Shown here piece after piece: positions 19,232 through 29,691 of a stretch of DNA of 64,000 nucleotides (positions are counted from its first letter, which is position 1; each line of letters starts with the position of its first letter). The stretch is from assembly GCA_964550955.1 (NCBI GenBank), contig CAZKAF010000001.1, forward strand, positions 318,197 to 382,196, read 5' to 3'. Source of the DNA: an uncultured Candidatus Saccharibacteria bacterium. Lineage in GTDB: Bacteria > Patescibacteriota > Minisyncoccia > Phycocordibacterales > CAIZLB01. A program made the position numbers and the translations under genes. The notes beneath the pieces are model-generated. The model worked only from the letters and a program-made list of their open reading frames with translations. It did no database searches and was not told the DNA's origin.

Positions 19232-21604
19232 TTACATAAAACTCTGCCTCTTTGCCCGAATGCCTTTCGTCTCGTCTTTTTTTGCCTTCGCGGCTCGCTT
19301 GGCCGTCTGCTCCATCCGCTTTTCAAGCTCAAGCACCTCGTCGCGCAAGATAGCGGCCGTCTCAAAGTCCAGAATCTTGACCGCCTCGGCCATCTGCTCT
19401 TTCTTTTCTTTTATAAATTTCTTGGGATCCTTGTTAAAATCTGACGCGTCGAGCACGAGCATGTTCTTCACGGTCTTTTGATGCTCGCTTAATATCTGCT
19501 CGGTAATGTCATGTATCTTCTTGGCAATGGTCTTCGGAGTGATGCCGTGCTTCTCATTGTAGGCAAGCTGAATCTCCCGTCTTCGGTTCGTCTCCTGGAT
19601 TGCCCGCTCAAGCGAGCCGGTCATCTGATCCGCGTATAAAATGACCCGGCCGTCCACGTTTCGCGCGGCTCGCCCTATAGTCTGGATGAGCGACGTTTCA
19701 GAACGCAGGAATCCTTCCTTGTCCGCGTCGAGAATGCCGATGAGCGAAACCTCCGGCAAGTCGAGCCCTTCTCGAAGGAGATTCACGCCGACAAGCACGT
19801 CGAATGTTCCTTTTCGAAAATCCGTCAGGATCTTGATGCGATCCAATGTCTCGACGTCGCTGTGCACGTAGTTCGTCTTGATGCCCTTTTCTTTCAGGTA
19901 CTCGGTCAGGTCTTCCGCCATCTTCTTCGTAAGCGTCGTCGCGATTGCCCGCTGGTCGTTCTTGATGACTTTTTCAGCTTCTGCGATGAAGTCGAAGATC
20001 TGTCCCATGTATCCAGGGTCCGCCTGCTCAATTTTCCGCGAAGCGGTCAGCGCCTCCTTGTCCAGGCTTTTTTGCGACCTTTTTCGAGGAGCCTTGCCGC
20101 CCGCCCGTATCTTCTCTTCAGCCTGCCGCGTGAGCTCGGCTTCAAGCTCCGCCCTCTTTTTTGAAACCTCAGTCGATGCCCTCAAGGAAGTTACTGGCTT
20201 GACGATGAGCACGGGATCGATAAGGCCCGTCGGCCGGATGATCTGCTCGGCCACGTTCTTGCTGTGTTCCGCTTCGAATTTGCCGGGAGTCGCGGACGTG
20301 AATACGACCTGCCCTACCCGCTCCTCGAATTCGTTAAACTTGAGCGGCCGATTGTCGGCAGCTGACGGAAGCCTGAAGCCGTAGTCAATGAGATTCTTTT
20401 TTCGCGACGCGTCGCCCGCGAACATGCCTCCGATTTGCGGAATGCTCACATGCGACTCGTCGATGACAGTCAGGAAGTCAGGAACTTTTTTCGTTTCCTC
20501 CTTGCCCGTCTTCGGATTCTTGACTGTCACGGTTTTGTGCGGGAAGTATGAAAGCAGCGTGTCAGGAGCCTCTCCCGGACCCTTTCCGGAGAAATGCCTG
20601 GAATAGTTCTCAATGCCGTTGCAGTAGCCTATTTCGCGAATAAGCGCGAGGTCGTAATTCGTTCTTCGCTTGATCCGTTCCGCTTCGATGACCTTGCCTT
20701 CCTGCTTGAACTTTTCAAGCTGCGCGTCGAGCTCGGCCTTAATGTCAATGATGGCCCGCTGCCGCTCGTCTTCGGGAGTCATGAAGTGCTTTGCCGGAAA
20801 AATGTACAGGGCTTCCATCTCTCCTTCGATAACTCGGGTTATCTCGTTGATCACGTATGCCGTGTCGATGATGCCATGCGGGCCCGATCCGGCAAAGACA
20901 AGCCTGTAAATGACGCGCTCGTTGATCGGCATTATCTCAAGCGAGTTTCCGATAGCCCTGAAAGATCCGGGCGTAAGGTCGGCGCTTGTCCGGGTGAACT
21001 GCATGGTTATGAGCTTGCGCATCAGGTCGGAACGATCGGCTTTCTGGCCCTTGAGCAGCTTGAGATTCACCTTTTCATATTCTTCCGGCGAGCCCAAGCC
21101 GTAGATGCACGAAACCGAAGCGACGATTATCACGTCCTTTCGCGTCAGGAGCGCCTGCGTCGAAGCATGTCGGAGCCGGTCGATTTCTTCGTTGATCTGG
21201 GCTTCTTTTTCTATGAACGTATCCGAATGCGCGATGTACGCTTCGGGCTGATAATAGTCATAGTACGAGACGAAATAATGCACCGCGTTTTCAGGGAAAA
21301 ATTCCCGATATTCCTGCGCAAGCTGCGCCGCGAGCGTCTTGTTGTGCGCGATGACGAGCGTAGGCTTGCCAACCTGGTTGATGATATTTGCGGCCGTATA
21401 CGTCTTTCCGGAGCCGGTCACGCCAAGCAATGTCTGATACTTGTGACCTTCCCTGATGCCGTCCACAAGGCTCCTGATGGCAGCGGGCTGGTCTCCGGCA
21501 GGCGTGTATTCCGTGCTCATCTTGAAAACGCCCGCTCCGGCGCTCTTGCCGGACGCAGACTTGGATTTGCCATTCTCTTCAGTTTTAGGAGAGTTCCTTG
21601 GCAT
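19232..21604 (-). CDS. uvrB: excinuclease ABC subunit B
   Basis: FK..EYTPAGDQPAAIRSLVDGI, helicase motifs (GVTGSGKTYT, DESH) and a C-terminal UvrC-interaction coil. N-terminal low-complexity extension; an alternative start MSTEY lies at 21520. Confidence 0.95.
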   Translation of the reverse strand: MPRNSPKTEENGKSKSASGKSAGAGVFKMSTEYTPAGDQPAAIRSLVDGIREGHKYQTLLGVTGSGKTYTAANIINQVGKPTLVIAHNKTLAAQLAQEYREFFPENAVHYFVSYYDYYQPEAYIAHSDTFIEKEAQINEEIDRLRHASTQALLTRKDVIIVASVSCIYGLGSPEEYEKVNLKLLKGQKADRSDLMRKLITMQFTRTSADLTPGSFRAIGNSLEIMPINERVIYRLVFAGSGPHGIIDTAYVINEITRVIEGEMEALYIFPAKHFMTPEDERQRAIIDIKAELDAQLEKFKQEGKVIEAERIKRRTNYDLALIREIGYCNGIENYSRHFSGKGPGEAPDTLLSYFPHKTVTVKNPKTGKEETKKVPDFLTVIDESHVSIPQIGGMFAGDASRKKNLIDYGFRLPSAADNRPLKFNEFEERVGQVVFTSATPGKFEAEHSKNVAEQIIRPTGLIDPVLIVKPVTSLRASTEVSKKRAELEAELTRQAEEKIRAGGKAPRKRSQKSLDKEALTASRKIEQADPGYMGQIFDFIAEAEKVIKNDQRAIATTLTKKMAEDLTEYLKEKGIKTNYVHSDVETLDRIKILTDFRKGTFDVLVGVNLLREGLDLPEVSLIGILDADKEGFLRSETSLIQTIGRAARNVDGRVILYADQMTGSLERAIQETNRRREIQLAYNEKHGITPKTIAKKIHDITEQILSEHQKTVKNMLVLDASDFNKDPKKFIKEKKEQMAEAVKILDFETAAILRDEVLELEKRMEQTAKRAAKAKKDETKGIRAKRQSFM

Positions 21605-21784
21605 GTGTGCTTATCATACTGTACTTAGAGAAAACTTCAAATGCGCACGTTCGCCCGCCTTGGGGGGCTTAAATAAGCATTCACGCTGGTCATATATACT
21701 GTGCACTTCCTCAGCCTTTCTTTATCGAAAATTCATGTGCATGAGCTAAGCTGGGTCCCATACGAGCTGATAACATCAAGGCGA

Positions 21785-22210
21785 ATGAACAAATTATCTA
21801 TGAGAAAATACAATGGCGCAGACAAGGACGAACCCGTCACGAAAAGGACATTTTTTGATTTACTCAAGGAGGCGCTTGCTGACTATCCAACGAAACCTGA
21901 CATGCTCGAAGCTTTATCGGACAAGGCAACGAGGGGTTTCGTACTAGAGACCATTGCGAACTATCCCACTCCTGAAATTATCGACGGGCGATATGTATCC
22001 AAGGACTACCTGCTGGAAGACTACACGAAAGTTATAAGCGAAGTTATGGATATGAAAATCGAAAAGCGCATCATCCAAGCCGAAGAGAGATGGGAAAAGC
22101 GGACCAAAGAAAATCAAGAATTTTTAGCAGAGCTCAAAGAAATGAACAAAGATTCAAAAATCAGAATCTCTTTGCTCGAAAAGCATGTTTTCGAGCGCGC
22201 CTCTGCATGA
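21785..22210 (+). CDS. hypothetical protein (start uncertain)
   Basis: ORF 21701..22210; first plausible start is MNKLSMRKYNG. C-terminal coiled coil; no motif recognised. Confidence 0.4.
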   Translation: MNKLSMRKYNGADKDEPVTKRTFFDLLKEALADYPTKPDMLEALSDKATRGFVLETIANYPTPEIIDGRYVSKDYLLEDYTKVISEVMDMKIEKRIIQAEERWEKRTKENQEFLAELKEMNKDSKIRISLLEKHVFERASA

Positions 22211-22264
22211 AAAATCTACATGAGAAAACAGCCATAGGGACAACCGGGCACGCGAACAAAAAAC

Positions 22265-23602
22265 CTATCTTTCCTTCAAATACAGACCAAGAAACTTATT
22301 CTTAAAATCCACAAACCTGTCCTCAAGAATCGCCCTTCGCATTTCCTTCACCAGATTGATTAGAAAATAAAGATTATGGACAGACGCAAGCGTGCCGGCG
22401 AGCATTTCCTTCGCATGGAACAGGTGCGCAACATACGCCCGGCTGTAATTCGCGCACGCATAGCAGCCGCAGCCTTCGTCAATCGGACCGAGATCGTCCC
22501 GATACTTCGCATTGCCGATATTCACCTTCCCGTATTTGGTGAACACGGTACCTGTCCTGCCGTTTCGAGTCGGAATCACGCAGTCGAAAAGGTCGCAGCC
22601 TTGCTCCACCGCCATGAACAGGTCCTCCGGCTCGCCGATGCCCAGCAGATGCCGCGGCTTGTCCTCCGGAAGCACGGAGTTGACCCATGCGACCGCGCTC
22701 GACATGTCTTCCTTGGCAAATGAACCTCCTATGCCGAATCCGTCAAATCCTTGCTCGATGCCATTTCTGTCAGTCACTTTCATGGCCGAGAGGACCTGAG
22801 CGCTCTCTTTTCTCAATTCTTCATGTCGTCCGCCCTGAAGAACGCCAAAAAGCGCTTGTCGCTCAGCGTTATCTTTACTGTGGTGATATTGCAGGCATTG
22901 TTTTGCCCATCTATGCGTCCGGTCGAGTGACTGCCTCTGGTATGCAAAAGTTTCAGTCGGCGACGTGCATTCGTCGAATGCAAAGATCATGTCGGCGCCG
23001 ATGTCATGCTGAATCTCGATGGATTTTTCCGGAGAAAAATAATGGGCGCTTCCATCTATGACGGACCGGAACATCACTCCGTTCTCGTCTATCTGCGCCG
23101 GCTTTAGGGCCGAGCCGTCCTCGGCAATTGAAGAATCTCTGCCGCCGTTAGTCTTTTTGGCGGCAAGAGCGGTGTCAGTGACTTCAGAAAGCTGTATCTC
23201 GTCAACGCGTCCTTTTCCTTTAACTAATTTTCCCAGATCTTTGCCGAACGCCGCGCCAAGAGAAAACGCTTGAAAACCGCCGGAGTCAGTCATGGTCGGA
23301 CCGGGCCAGTTGGAGAATTTTCCCAAGCCCCCCGCCTTGCGCATCAGTTCGTGGCCAGGCTGAAGATACAGGTGGTACGTATTCGCAAGCATGACCTCCG
23401 CGCCAGTGCTCGCCAGCATCTCAGGGGTGATGCCCTTAACCGTGGCCTTTGTTCCCACGGTCACGAAAGCAGGAGTTTCTATGTCTCCGTGCGCAGTTGA
23501 AATAACCCCGGCCCGGGCAAGGGATTCGGGAGCCTTTTCGCTCATCTTTTTCACGATATCGAACTTGATGGCACTCATTCGTAATGCATTTATATCACAC
23601 AT
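22265..23602 (-). CDS. tgt: queuine tRNA-ribosyltransferase (tRNA-guanine transglycosylase) with an internal insertion
   Basis: GDIETPAFVTVGTKATVKG, ANTYHLYLQPG and the C-terminal zinc site CGCYAC...H. An alternative start lies at 23578. Confidence 0.85.
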   Translation of the reverse strand: MCDINALRMSAIKFDIVKKMSEKAPESLARAGVISTAHGDIETPAFVTVGTKATVKGITPEMLASTGAEVMLANTYHLYLQPGHELMRKAGGLGKFSNWPGPTMTDSGGFQAFSLGAAFGKDLGKLVKGKGRVDEIQLSEVTDTALAAKKTNGGRDSSIAEDGSALKPAQIDENGVMFRSVIDGSAHYFSPEKSIEIQHDIGADMIFAFDECTSPTETFAYQRQSLDRTHRWAKQCLQYHHSKDNAERQALFGVLQGGRHEELRKESAQVLSAMKVTDRNGIEQGFDGFGIGGSFAKEDMSSAVAWVNSVLPEDKPRHLLGIGEPEDLFMAVEQGCDLFDCVIPTRNGRTGTVFTKYGKVNIGNAKYRDDLGPIDEGCGCYACANYSRAYVAHLFHAKEMLAGTLASVHNLYFLINLVKEMRRAILEDRFVDFKNKFLGLYLKER

Positions 23603-23683
23603 TTCGGACTTGAACTATATGCCTGCTTAGTATAAACTCATGCGCGGAACAGTAACAACGAACTGATTGAAAGGACCTGATAC

Positions 23684-24367
23684 ATGGAAAGAATAATCGA
23701 AGAGCTGACAGTCACTGCCGACAAAATCAGAAAGCTGACCAGGGACATCGGCTGCCTCAAAGGTTTTGCCGATGAAAAGAAAGCAGAGCTTGATGGCGAG
23801 CTGGCGAGGCTCAAATCATTCCCTCTCGCGATCATGCAGGAGGTAACCTTCCAGGCAGAAGGCAGGCCGATTAAATGCTTCTCGATAAAGCTGCTCAGGG
23901 AGACAACCCCTGTCGAAGCCATCGAAAGCGTCCTGAAGGTTCGGCTCCAAAAACCGAAGTTTCAGAAAGGGGAATGTTCCTATGTGCTCGAGGCCGGCAG
24001 TCCCAGCTTTGAGGAACAGAATATGTCCACCCTGGCACAAGGAAGGCTTACGCTGCCTGCAAAGAAGGCGGTGGCAATCCTGTCCCATCTCGTGAAAGGA
24101 TTCGACGAAGATCCGCTCCGCGGAAGCGAAAGAGCGGCAATCCTCATTGCGACTCACGATTTCAAGGTCGAAGTGTACCGCGGAGGCCCCGTTACAAGAC
24201 GCGTGCCGACGGTCTGTCTGCCGATCCATTCGGTCGACGGCAAGCCATGCCAAGGACGAATGCTCGATATCTACGGCCGAGGAACCGTCATTATCCTCAA
24301 TAGGCCACGAGAGCATCCGAAGGCCAGGCCGCCGACCGGGAAATGGAAGAAGGCCCTGAAAGAATGA
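23684..24367 (+). CDS. hypothetical protein
   Basis: 227-aa ORF followed by a rho-independent terminator. No motif recognised. Confidence 0.5.
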   Translation: MERIIEELTVTADKIRKLTRDIGCLKGFADEKKAELDGELARLKSFPLAIMQEVTFQAEGRPIKCFSIKLLRETTPVEAIESVLKVRLQKPKFQKGECSYVLEAGSPSFEEQNMSTLAQGRLTLPAKKAVAILSHLVKGFDEDPLRGSERAAILIATHDFKVEVYRGGPVTRRVPTVCLPIHSVDGKPCQGRMLDIYGRGTVIILNRPREHPKARPPTGKWKKALKE

Positions 24368-24389
24368 ATGGGGCGAAGACAGGGACTCG

Positions 24390-24423
24390 GCGCCGCCAAG
24401 CGAAAGCATGGCGGCGCTTTTTT
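24390..24423 (+). terminator. rho-independent terminator
   Basis: GCGCCGCC (24390-24397) pairs with GGCGGCGC (24410-24417), followed by TTTTTT. Confidence 0.6.
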
Positions 24424-24544
24424 AGTTTTCAATCAGATAAAATAAAAAGCCGCCTCGTGAGAGGCAGCTTCGGGTTTTGAAAAATTGTTGATTAAGACAA
24501 TCTTTCGCATTTGATATTGAGACTGGGATCAAGACTGAGATTGG

Positions 24545-24754
24545 CTAGCGGGCCCAATCAGGAAGCGGAGCGGAGGCAGGAATGTAATTGACTCCGGCAG
24601 ATCCCATTTGCGTGACGCTTTGCGGCGTGTACGCGAAGACTTCGTTTACCAATGAAAAGAACTTGATGAGCGTATGTTCGAATGCGTGGAACACATCCGG
24701 CATGAGCACTCGTATGGCAATGAGACCGATCACAAAACCTATTGCTTTGAACAT
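24545..24754 (-). CDS. possible small membrane protein
   Basis: 69-aa ORF with a hydrophobic N-terminus (MFKAIGFVIGLIAIRVLM). Weak evidence. Confidence 0.25.
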   Translation of the reverse strand: MFKAIGFVIGLIAIRVLMPDVFHAFEHTLIKFFSLVNEVFAYTPQSVTQMGSAGVNYIPASAPLPDWAR

Positions 24755-25100
24755 AGGATTTTGGCGGAAGGGTTTATTAATCGCTTAGCAGACTATGCTA
24801 AGTGTCGGCTCATTGCCAACTCCCCTCCCAAGAAAAAGTCATGTGCGGCTTGGCAGGCGTCAGGAACCTGCGCGATGCATGAAAGGCCCGGCCGCCGGGC
24901 GGAAATTGGCCCGCTCGGCAGAAGCAATAGAAATAGGCCATTCACATGACTCCTTTTCTGGAGGGACGTTGGCTTCCGGCTGAAGTTCGTCGATTCATGT
25001 CAATGACCTTGACATAGCAATAATAGCATGACGGTTTAAGTCATGCAAGCCTTTCGTCTTTCGCCGCCCATCAATCGGGGACGGCAGCCTGCCGTGCGGC

Positions 25101-26189
25101 TTAGTTTATCGGAGGCTCGTATACGGCGTTCTTCTTCAGGAAGTCCATGATCTTTACGGCATCCCCTTCCCGGTCGTCGCTTCTCAATATGACTATCACT
25201 ACGGGCCTCTTGCCGCCCTTGGCCATCGTGACGTCAAAGAGCGACACGGTCGTCTTCTTGGCCTCGTCGATGAATCCGTTCTTGCCGCCCATGAAAGTGT
25301 CGTAGTTCAAGAACCTGTTCGCGTTCACCCACGTATGCTTGAGGATGGAGTATTGCCGAACCCGGGTCATGTCGTAGATAGTCGGCGCCTTTTCATGGAT
25401 ATATCGCCCGAGCTTCATCAGGTCCCGAATGGAAGAGACGTTCTTCGGGTTAAGGCCGCTCGGATCCTCGAAGTAGGTGTCAGTCATGCCGATTTCCCGA
25501 GCCCTCTTGTTCATCTCGGCCATGAATGCGGCATTTCCCTCCGGATATGCGTCCGCGATGACTTCGGCGGCATCATTGCTCGATTCCATGAGAAGCGGAT
25601 ACATCAGGTCGTAGATGCGGATTTTCTCCCCGACATTGAGCTTTCCTTGCGCCCCGTATGTATTGTAGGAATCGCGGGAGACGATGGCCATTCGCTGCAT
25701 GTCGAGCTTTTCAACGGCTACCAGCGCGGTCATGAGCTTGGACACGGAGGCGATCGGCGCGACCAGCTGCTCGTTCCTTTCCAGGATAATTTCTCCCGTC
25801 GCGAGGTCGGCCGCAAGATATGCCTGCCCTGAAAGCCTCGCCATGACCGTCTGATTCGTTATCGTATAGTCATGCCTCGGGCCGCTCGAGGAATTGCCTC
25901 GGGCGGAATCGTCCGACCCCCTCGGCTCCTGCTCGAATCGCATGGCCTGGTCGCCCTGCGCATTCACCTGATTGACAGCCGGTCGGTCGGACGATTCCTG
26001 TATTCCGGCCACCCTGTTATCCGACCCGCCGAAAGCCATGTCTTTCAAAGTCAGGACTCCCTGCGTGACGAGCGACATCGCGGAGATGCCGAAAAACATC
26101 AGGACCAGTCCCCATTTTGCATACGTGCCGGTCGTCGGCTCGCCGTGCGTGTCAGTCTTTATCAGCCTGAAGTTCAAAAATCTTTTCAT
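25101..26189 (-). CDS. dacA: D-alanyl-D-alanine carboxypeptidase (peptidase S11, PBP5/6-like) with an N-terminal membrane anchor
   Basis: SxxK active-site motif IASVSKLMTALV, SGN-like and KTG-like motifs downstream, and an N-terminal TM segment. An alternative start lies at 26216. Confidence 0.8.
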   Translation of the reverse strand: MKRFLNFRLIKTDTHGEPTTGTYAKWGLVLMFFGISAMSLVTQGVLTLKDMAFGGSDNRVAGIQESSDRPAVNQVNAQGDQAMRFEQEPRGSDDSARGNSSSGPRHDYTITNQTVMARLSGQAYLAADLATGEIILERNEQLVAPIASVSKLMTALVAVEKLDMQRMAIVSRDSYNTYGAQGKLNVGEKIRIYDLMYPLLMESSNDAAEVIADAYPEGNAAFMAEMNKRAREIGMTDTYFEDPSGLNPKNVSSIRDLMKLGRYIHEKAPTIYDMTRVRQYSILKHTWVNANRFLNYDTFMGGKNGFIDEAKKTTVSLFDVTMAKGGKRPVVIVILRSDDREGDAVKIMDFLKKNAVYEPPIN

Positions 26190-26270
26190 AGGTCCGCTTG
26201 GTTCCATTCCTTCCATTGTATCAAGGAATGTTATTTTTTCAATTATAATGTCATGAAGAGGCGCTCGATC

Positions 26271-27200
26271 CTACCTGAGCTTGTAAAATACCTTGTTTCC
26301 GAATCGAGTGTCTATGTATTCAAAAGGCGCAGGTCTCGGCGCGAAGACGTCCGACTTCAGCGCCGTGACCAGGTTTTCATATGACTGCCCGAGAGGCCGC
26401 CTCTGATTGAAGATGATTCTGCCGTTGCCAAGAACCTTGTAGACAATCTCGTCCTCGCTGCGGAATTCAATCTCGCGCACCTTCAAGCCGTACCCGTCGA
26501 GACCGGTCGCGATTTCGCGCACCTTTTTCAGCAATTCGACGGGCATCAGCGTCTTTCCGACCGGCTTGGTTCCGACCACCTCATCAAGGCCCGTTATCCT
26601 CAGAAGAGCGCTCGACCCGGGCTTTCGAATTTTCTCGACTGCCCGAACCTCGGCTTTGGCATCGGCATCGCCGGCAACCTCTTCCGTTGAAGTGGCGACG
26701 GAGTCGCCTGAAGCCGTCGAAGTGGAAGTGGAGGCAGCTTCCAAGGCTTCCGTCCGCTTTGCCTCGCCTTGCTCAGTATCGCTTTCGACCATGCTGAAAA
26801 TGTATCCGCTCTCGTCGACGAAATAGCAGTGTATGGCATTGCACCATTCCACCGCGGGAGCGCGTTCCCGTATCCTGACGTTCAGATAGCCGAAGGATTC
26901 GGTCTCGATATCAAGGGATTCTATTTTCGGAAACGTGCTTATGAGAGTCTTTGAAATCTGGTCTTTCGGAAAGATGAGGCTGTTTCGCTTCGGAAAAACG
27001 CCCATATAGGAGGCATCGAGTATCACATTCGACACTTTCTCGATTTCCTCGCCCGACACCGTCTCGTTTCCGACCACCACCACCTTCTTGATTTGGACGG
27101 TTTCCATGCGGGACGCATACGCAAGGCCCGTTACGAGCAGGATTCCGGCAAAGGAGATGAGATAAAGCTTAAGAAGTCTTTTTTTTCTTCTTTTTTTCAT
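26271..27200 (-). CDS. ftsQ: FtsQ/DivIB-like cell-division protein with a POTRA domain
   Basis: KKRRKKRLLKLYLISFAGILLV TM anchor, then a POTRA-like segment VQIKKVVVVGNETVSGEEIE...FPKIESLDIE. Acidic low-complexity linker. The start may instead be 27254. Confidence 0.6.
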   Translation of the reverse strand: MKKRRKKRLLKLYLISFAGILLVTGLAYASRMETVQIKKVVVVGNETVSGEEIEKVSNVILDASYMGVFPKRNSLIFPKDQISKTLISTFPKIESLDIETESFGYLNVRIRERAPAVEWCNAIHCYFVDESGYIFSMVESDTEQGEAKRTEALEAASTSTSTASGDSVATSTEEVAGDADAKAEVRAVEKIRKPGSSALLRITGLDEVVGTKPVGKTLMPVELLKKVREIATGLDGYGLKVREIEFRSEDEIVYKVLGNGRIIFNQRRPLGQSYENLVTALKSDVFAPRPAPFEYIDTRFGNKVFYKLR

Positions 27201-27253
27201 CACGGACTGTGATTTCAATAAATCCCTTGTTGTAAGCCTTGATGTTGATTTCA

Positions 27254-28522
27254 TTATTTACCGATGTATTCTTTATTGCCCATGTATGGCTGGAGAATTT
27301 CTGGTAGCCTGATTGTGCCGTCTTCCTGCTGATAATTTTCTATAAGCGAAACGAGAATTCGCGGAGTCGGAATGGCCGTGCAGTTCAGCGAGTGGACGAA
27401 TCTTGATTTCTGTTCCTGATCCCGATACTTGATGTTGAGCCTTCGAGACTGGAAGTCATGGAAGTATGAAGCAGAACTGATTTCCCTGTATTTCTCTTCT
27501 CCGGGAACCCAAAGCTCGATGTCATACTTCTTGACCTGACCAAGTCCCAGGTCGCCGCCGCAGTTCACCACCGTATGGTACGCGATGCCGAGCGACTCTA
27601 TGAATTCTTCGGTATTCCTGTTGATTTCCTCATGCAGCTTCACGCTTTCTTCATGGCTCGCTTCGCAGAGCACGACCTGTTCCATCTTGAAGAATTCATG
27701 CACCCGAATAAGACCTTTTACGTCCTTGCCGTGCGAACCGGCTTCCCGCCGGAAACACGGAGAAAAGGCGAGAATCTTCTTGGGCAATTCACTGGCCGGA
27801 ATTTCCGTGTCGGCAAAATAGGCCATGGTGGCAACCTCGCCTGTACCCGCCAAAAAGTCTCCGTCCTGCGTCTTATAGAGGTCGTCCTCGCCTTGCGGCA
27901 GATATCCGGTCCCGAAAAGAGTCTCTCTCCGCACCAACGAAGGAACGATCATGAATGAGAAGCCCTTCTTCGTCCAAAAGTCCCGCGCATACATCCAGAT
28001 GGCAAGCGAAAGTTCGGCAGCGCCGTTCTTGAGGAAATAACCCCGAAAGCCTGAAACTTCGGTCCCTTTCTTGAAATCGGCGAGATCGAGCTCTTCCATG
28101 ATGTCGATATGGCTCTTTGCCGCGAACGGGAACGTCTTCGCCTCGCCCCAGACCTTGACCTCGACATTGTCCGCATCGCTTTCGCCTTCGGGAACCGACA
28201 TGTCGGGAATATTCGGAACGGAAACCATCAGAAGCTGCCATTCTTTCATCACTTCGGCCAATCGCTCCTCATCCGCCTTGATTGATTCCTTGAGAACTCG
28301 CATCTCCTCGATGAGCGCGCTTCTCTTTTCAGGATCAGCTTCCGCCTGAATCTGCTGGCTTACTTTATTCTGATCGGCCTTTCGTCCTTCCACCGAAGTG
28401 ACGAGCTCCTTTCGGATAGTATCGACGGACAGCAATTTCTCCACATCGAATTCCATTCGCTTTTTCTGCGCGCCTGCCTGAACGAGGTCCTTGTTTTCCC
28501 TGATGAATTTAATGTCGAGCAT
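27254..28522 (-). CDS. serS: seryl-tRNA synthetase
   Basis: N-terminal coiled coil MLDIKFIRENKDLV and class II motifs (FRREAGS, GLGQVKKYDIELW..EISSAS). Confidence 0.9.
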   Translation of the reverse strand: MLDIKFIRENKDLVQAGAQKKRMEFDVEKLLSVDTIRKELVTSVEGRKADQNKVSQQIQAEADPEKRSALIEEMRVLKESIKADEERLAEVMKEWQLLMVSVPNIPDMSVPEGESDADNVEVKVWGEAKTFPFAAKSHIDIMEELDLADFKKGTEVSGFRGYFLKNGAAELSLAIWMYARDFWTKKGFSFMIVPSLVRRETLFGTGYLPQGEDDLYKTQDGDFLAGTGEVATMAYFADTEIPASELPKKILAFSPCFRREAGSHGKDVKGLIRVHEFFKMEQVVLCEASHEESVKLHEEINRNTEEFIESLGIAYHTVVNCGGDLGLGQVKKYDIELWVPGEEKYREISSASYFHDFQSRRLNIKYRDQEQKSRFVHSLNCTAIPTPRILVSLIENYQQEDGTIRLPEILQPYMGNKEYIGK

Positions 28523-28576
28523 GATTTTAACTTTATTTTATGGCTTCATCATATCAAATCGTTAGTATTTTAGCCA

Positions 28577-29593
28577 ATGAATACAACGCAACCGAACAAT
28601 TCTTCAAAAAAGGCGATTCCCGAAGCATGCGCCGAGGAATCCATTCAAAACGCCGGCATAACCGGGCACGATTCCTCGGTTTCATATCTGCTCGACCAAA
28701 TACCCGACAAGCCCAAGAAAATATACATTTCCGGCAACCCCTCGATCCTTAACGATCCGGGCATGAAGTTCTTGTGCGTAATAGGCTCAAGAAAGCACAC
28801 CTCCTACGGACAAGATGCATGCGAGCACCTGATGCGGGCGCTGAAAGGGCACAAGGTTGCCATCGTCTCGGGGCTGGCGCTCGGCATCGACGGGCTCGCC
28901 CATGCATTGGCCATGGAAAACGGCCTGCCCTGCATTGCGGTTCCGGGATCGGGCATCGACATGGCTTCCCTTTATCCGAGAAGCCATGTCCACTTGGCCG
29001 AACAGATACTTTCGACGAAAGACGGCATCCTGCTGTCGGAATTCGAGCCGGGCACGAGGGCCAGCCCGTGGAGCTTTCCCATGCGAAACAGGATCATGGC
29101 AGGCTTGAGCCATGCCGTGCTCATCATAGAGGGCGAGGAAGATTCCGGAACGCTCATAACCGCAAAGCTTGCCCTCGAATACAACAGAGACGTGTTCGCC
29201 ATTCCCGGAAGCATCTTCTCTCAGACATCAAGAGGGCCCCTGAATCTGATCAAGAACGGCGCGGTGCCGATCTGCTCGCAGGAAGACCTGCTGAGCGCGC
29301 TTGGCATTCAGAAATCTGATTCGCGGGCAGGGTCGCTGTTCGAGGATCATGCCGGCGAGCGCGAAGCGTATGTCCGGCTTACCGACGAGGAACGGTCCGT
29401 GATCGAGACCCTGGACGAGCCGCGCGACAAGGACAGCATGCAGCAGAAATCCGGATTGCCGATATCCAAAATGCAGATTGTCCTGTCCATGCTTGAAGTC
29501 AAGGATGTCGCGAATGAATTATACGGGAAGATTCATCTTACGGAGCGCGGCAAAAATATTTTCAAAAACTTGAATGCCGGCCGGAAAACATGA
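28577..29593 (+). CDS. dprA: DNA-processing protein DprA (Smf)
   Basis: VSGLALGIDGLAHALA, CIAVPGSGID and VLIIEGEEDSGTLITAKLALEYNRDVFAIPG are the DprA Rossmann-like core. Confidence 0.85.
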   Translation: MNTTQPNNSSKKAIPEACAEESIQNAGITGHDSSVSYLLDQIPDKPKKIYISGNPSILNDPGMKFLCVIGSRKHTSYGQDACEHLMRALKGHKVAIVSGLALGIDGLAHALAMENGLPCIAVPGSGIDMASLYPRSHVHLAEQILSTKDGILLSEFEPGTRASPWSFPMRNRIMAGLSHAVLIIEGEEDSGTLITAKLALEYNRDVFAIPGSIFSQTSRGPLNLIKNGAVPICSQEDLLSALGIQKSDSRAGSLFEDHAGEREAYVRLTDEERSVIETLDEPRDKDSMQQKSGLPISKMQIVLSMLEVKDVANELYGKIHLTERGKNIFKNLNAGRKT

Positions 29594-29691
29594 GGCGGAA
29601 GGAAAACGCCCCTTGCATGAATCTTGGAACGGGCAAACGGGCAGAATTTGCCCAATGCATAATATATGTGTAATACTAACCAAACAAGCAT

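Noticed and set aside
24755-25100. 346-bp intergenic region with several short palindromes (ATGTCAA-TGACC-TTGACAT; GACGGCAG-C-CTGCCGTG)
   Set aside because: Plausibly operator or terminator elements for dacA, but none is followed by a U-run or matches a known site. Noted only.
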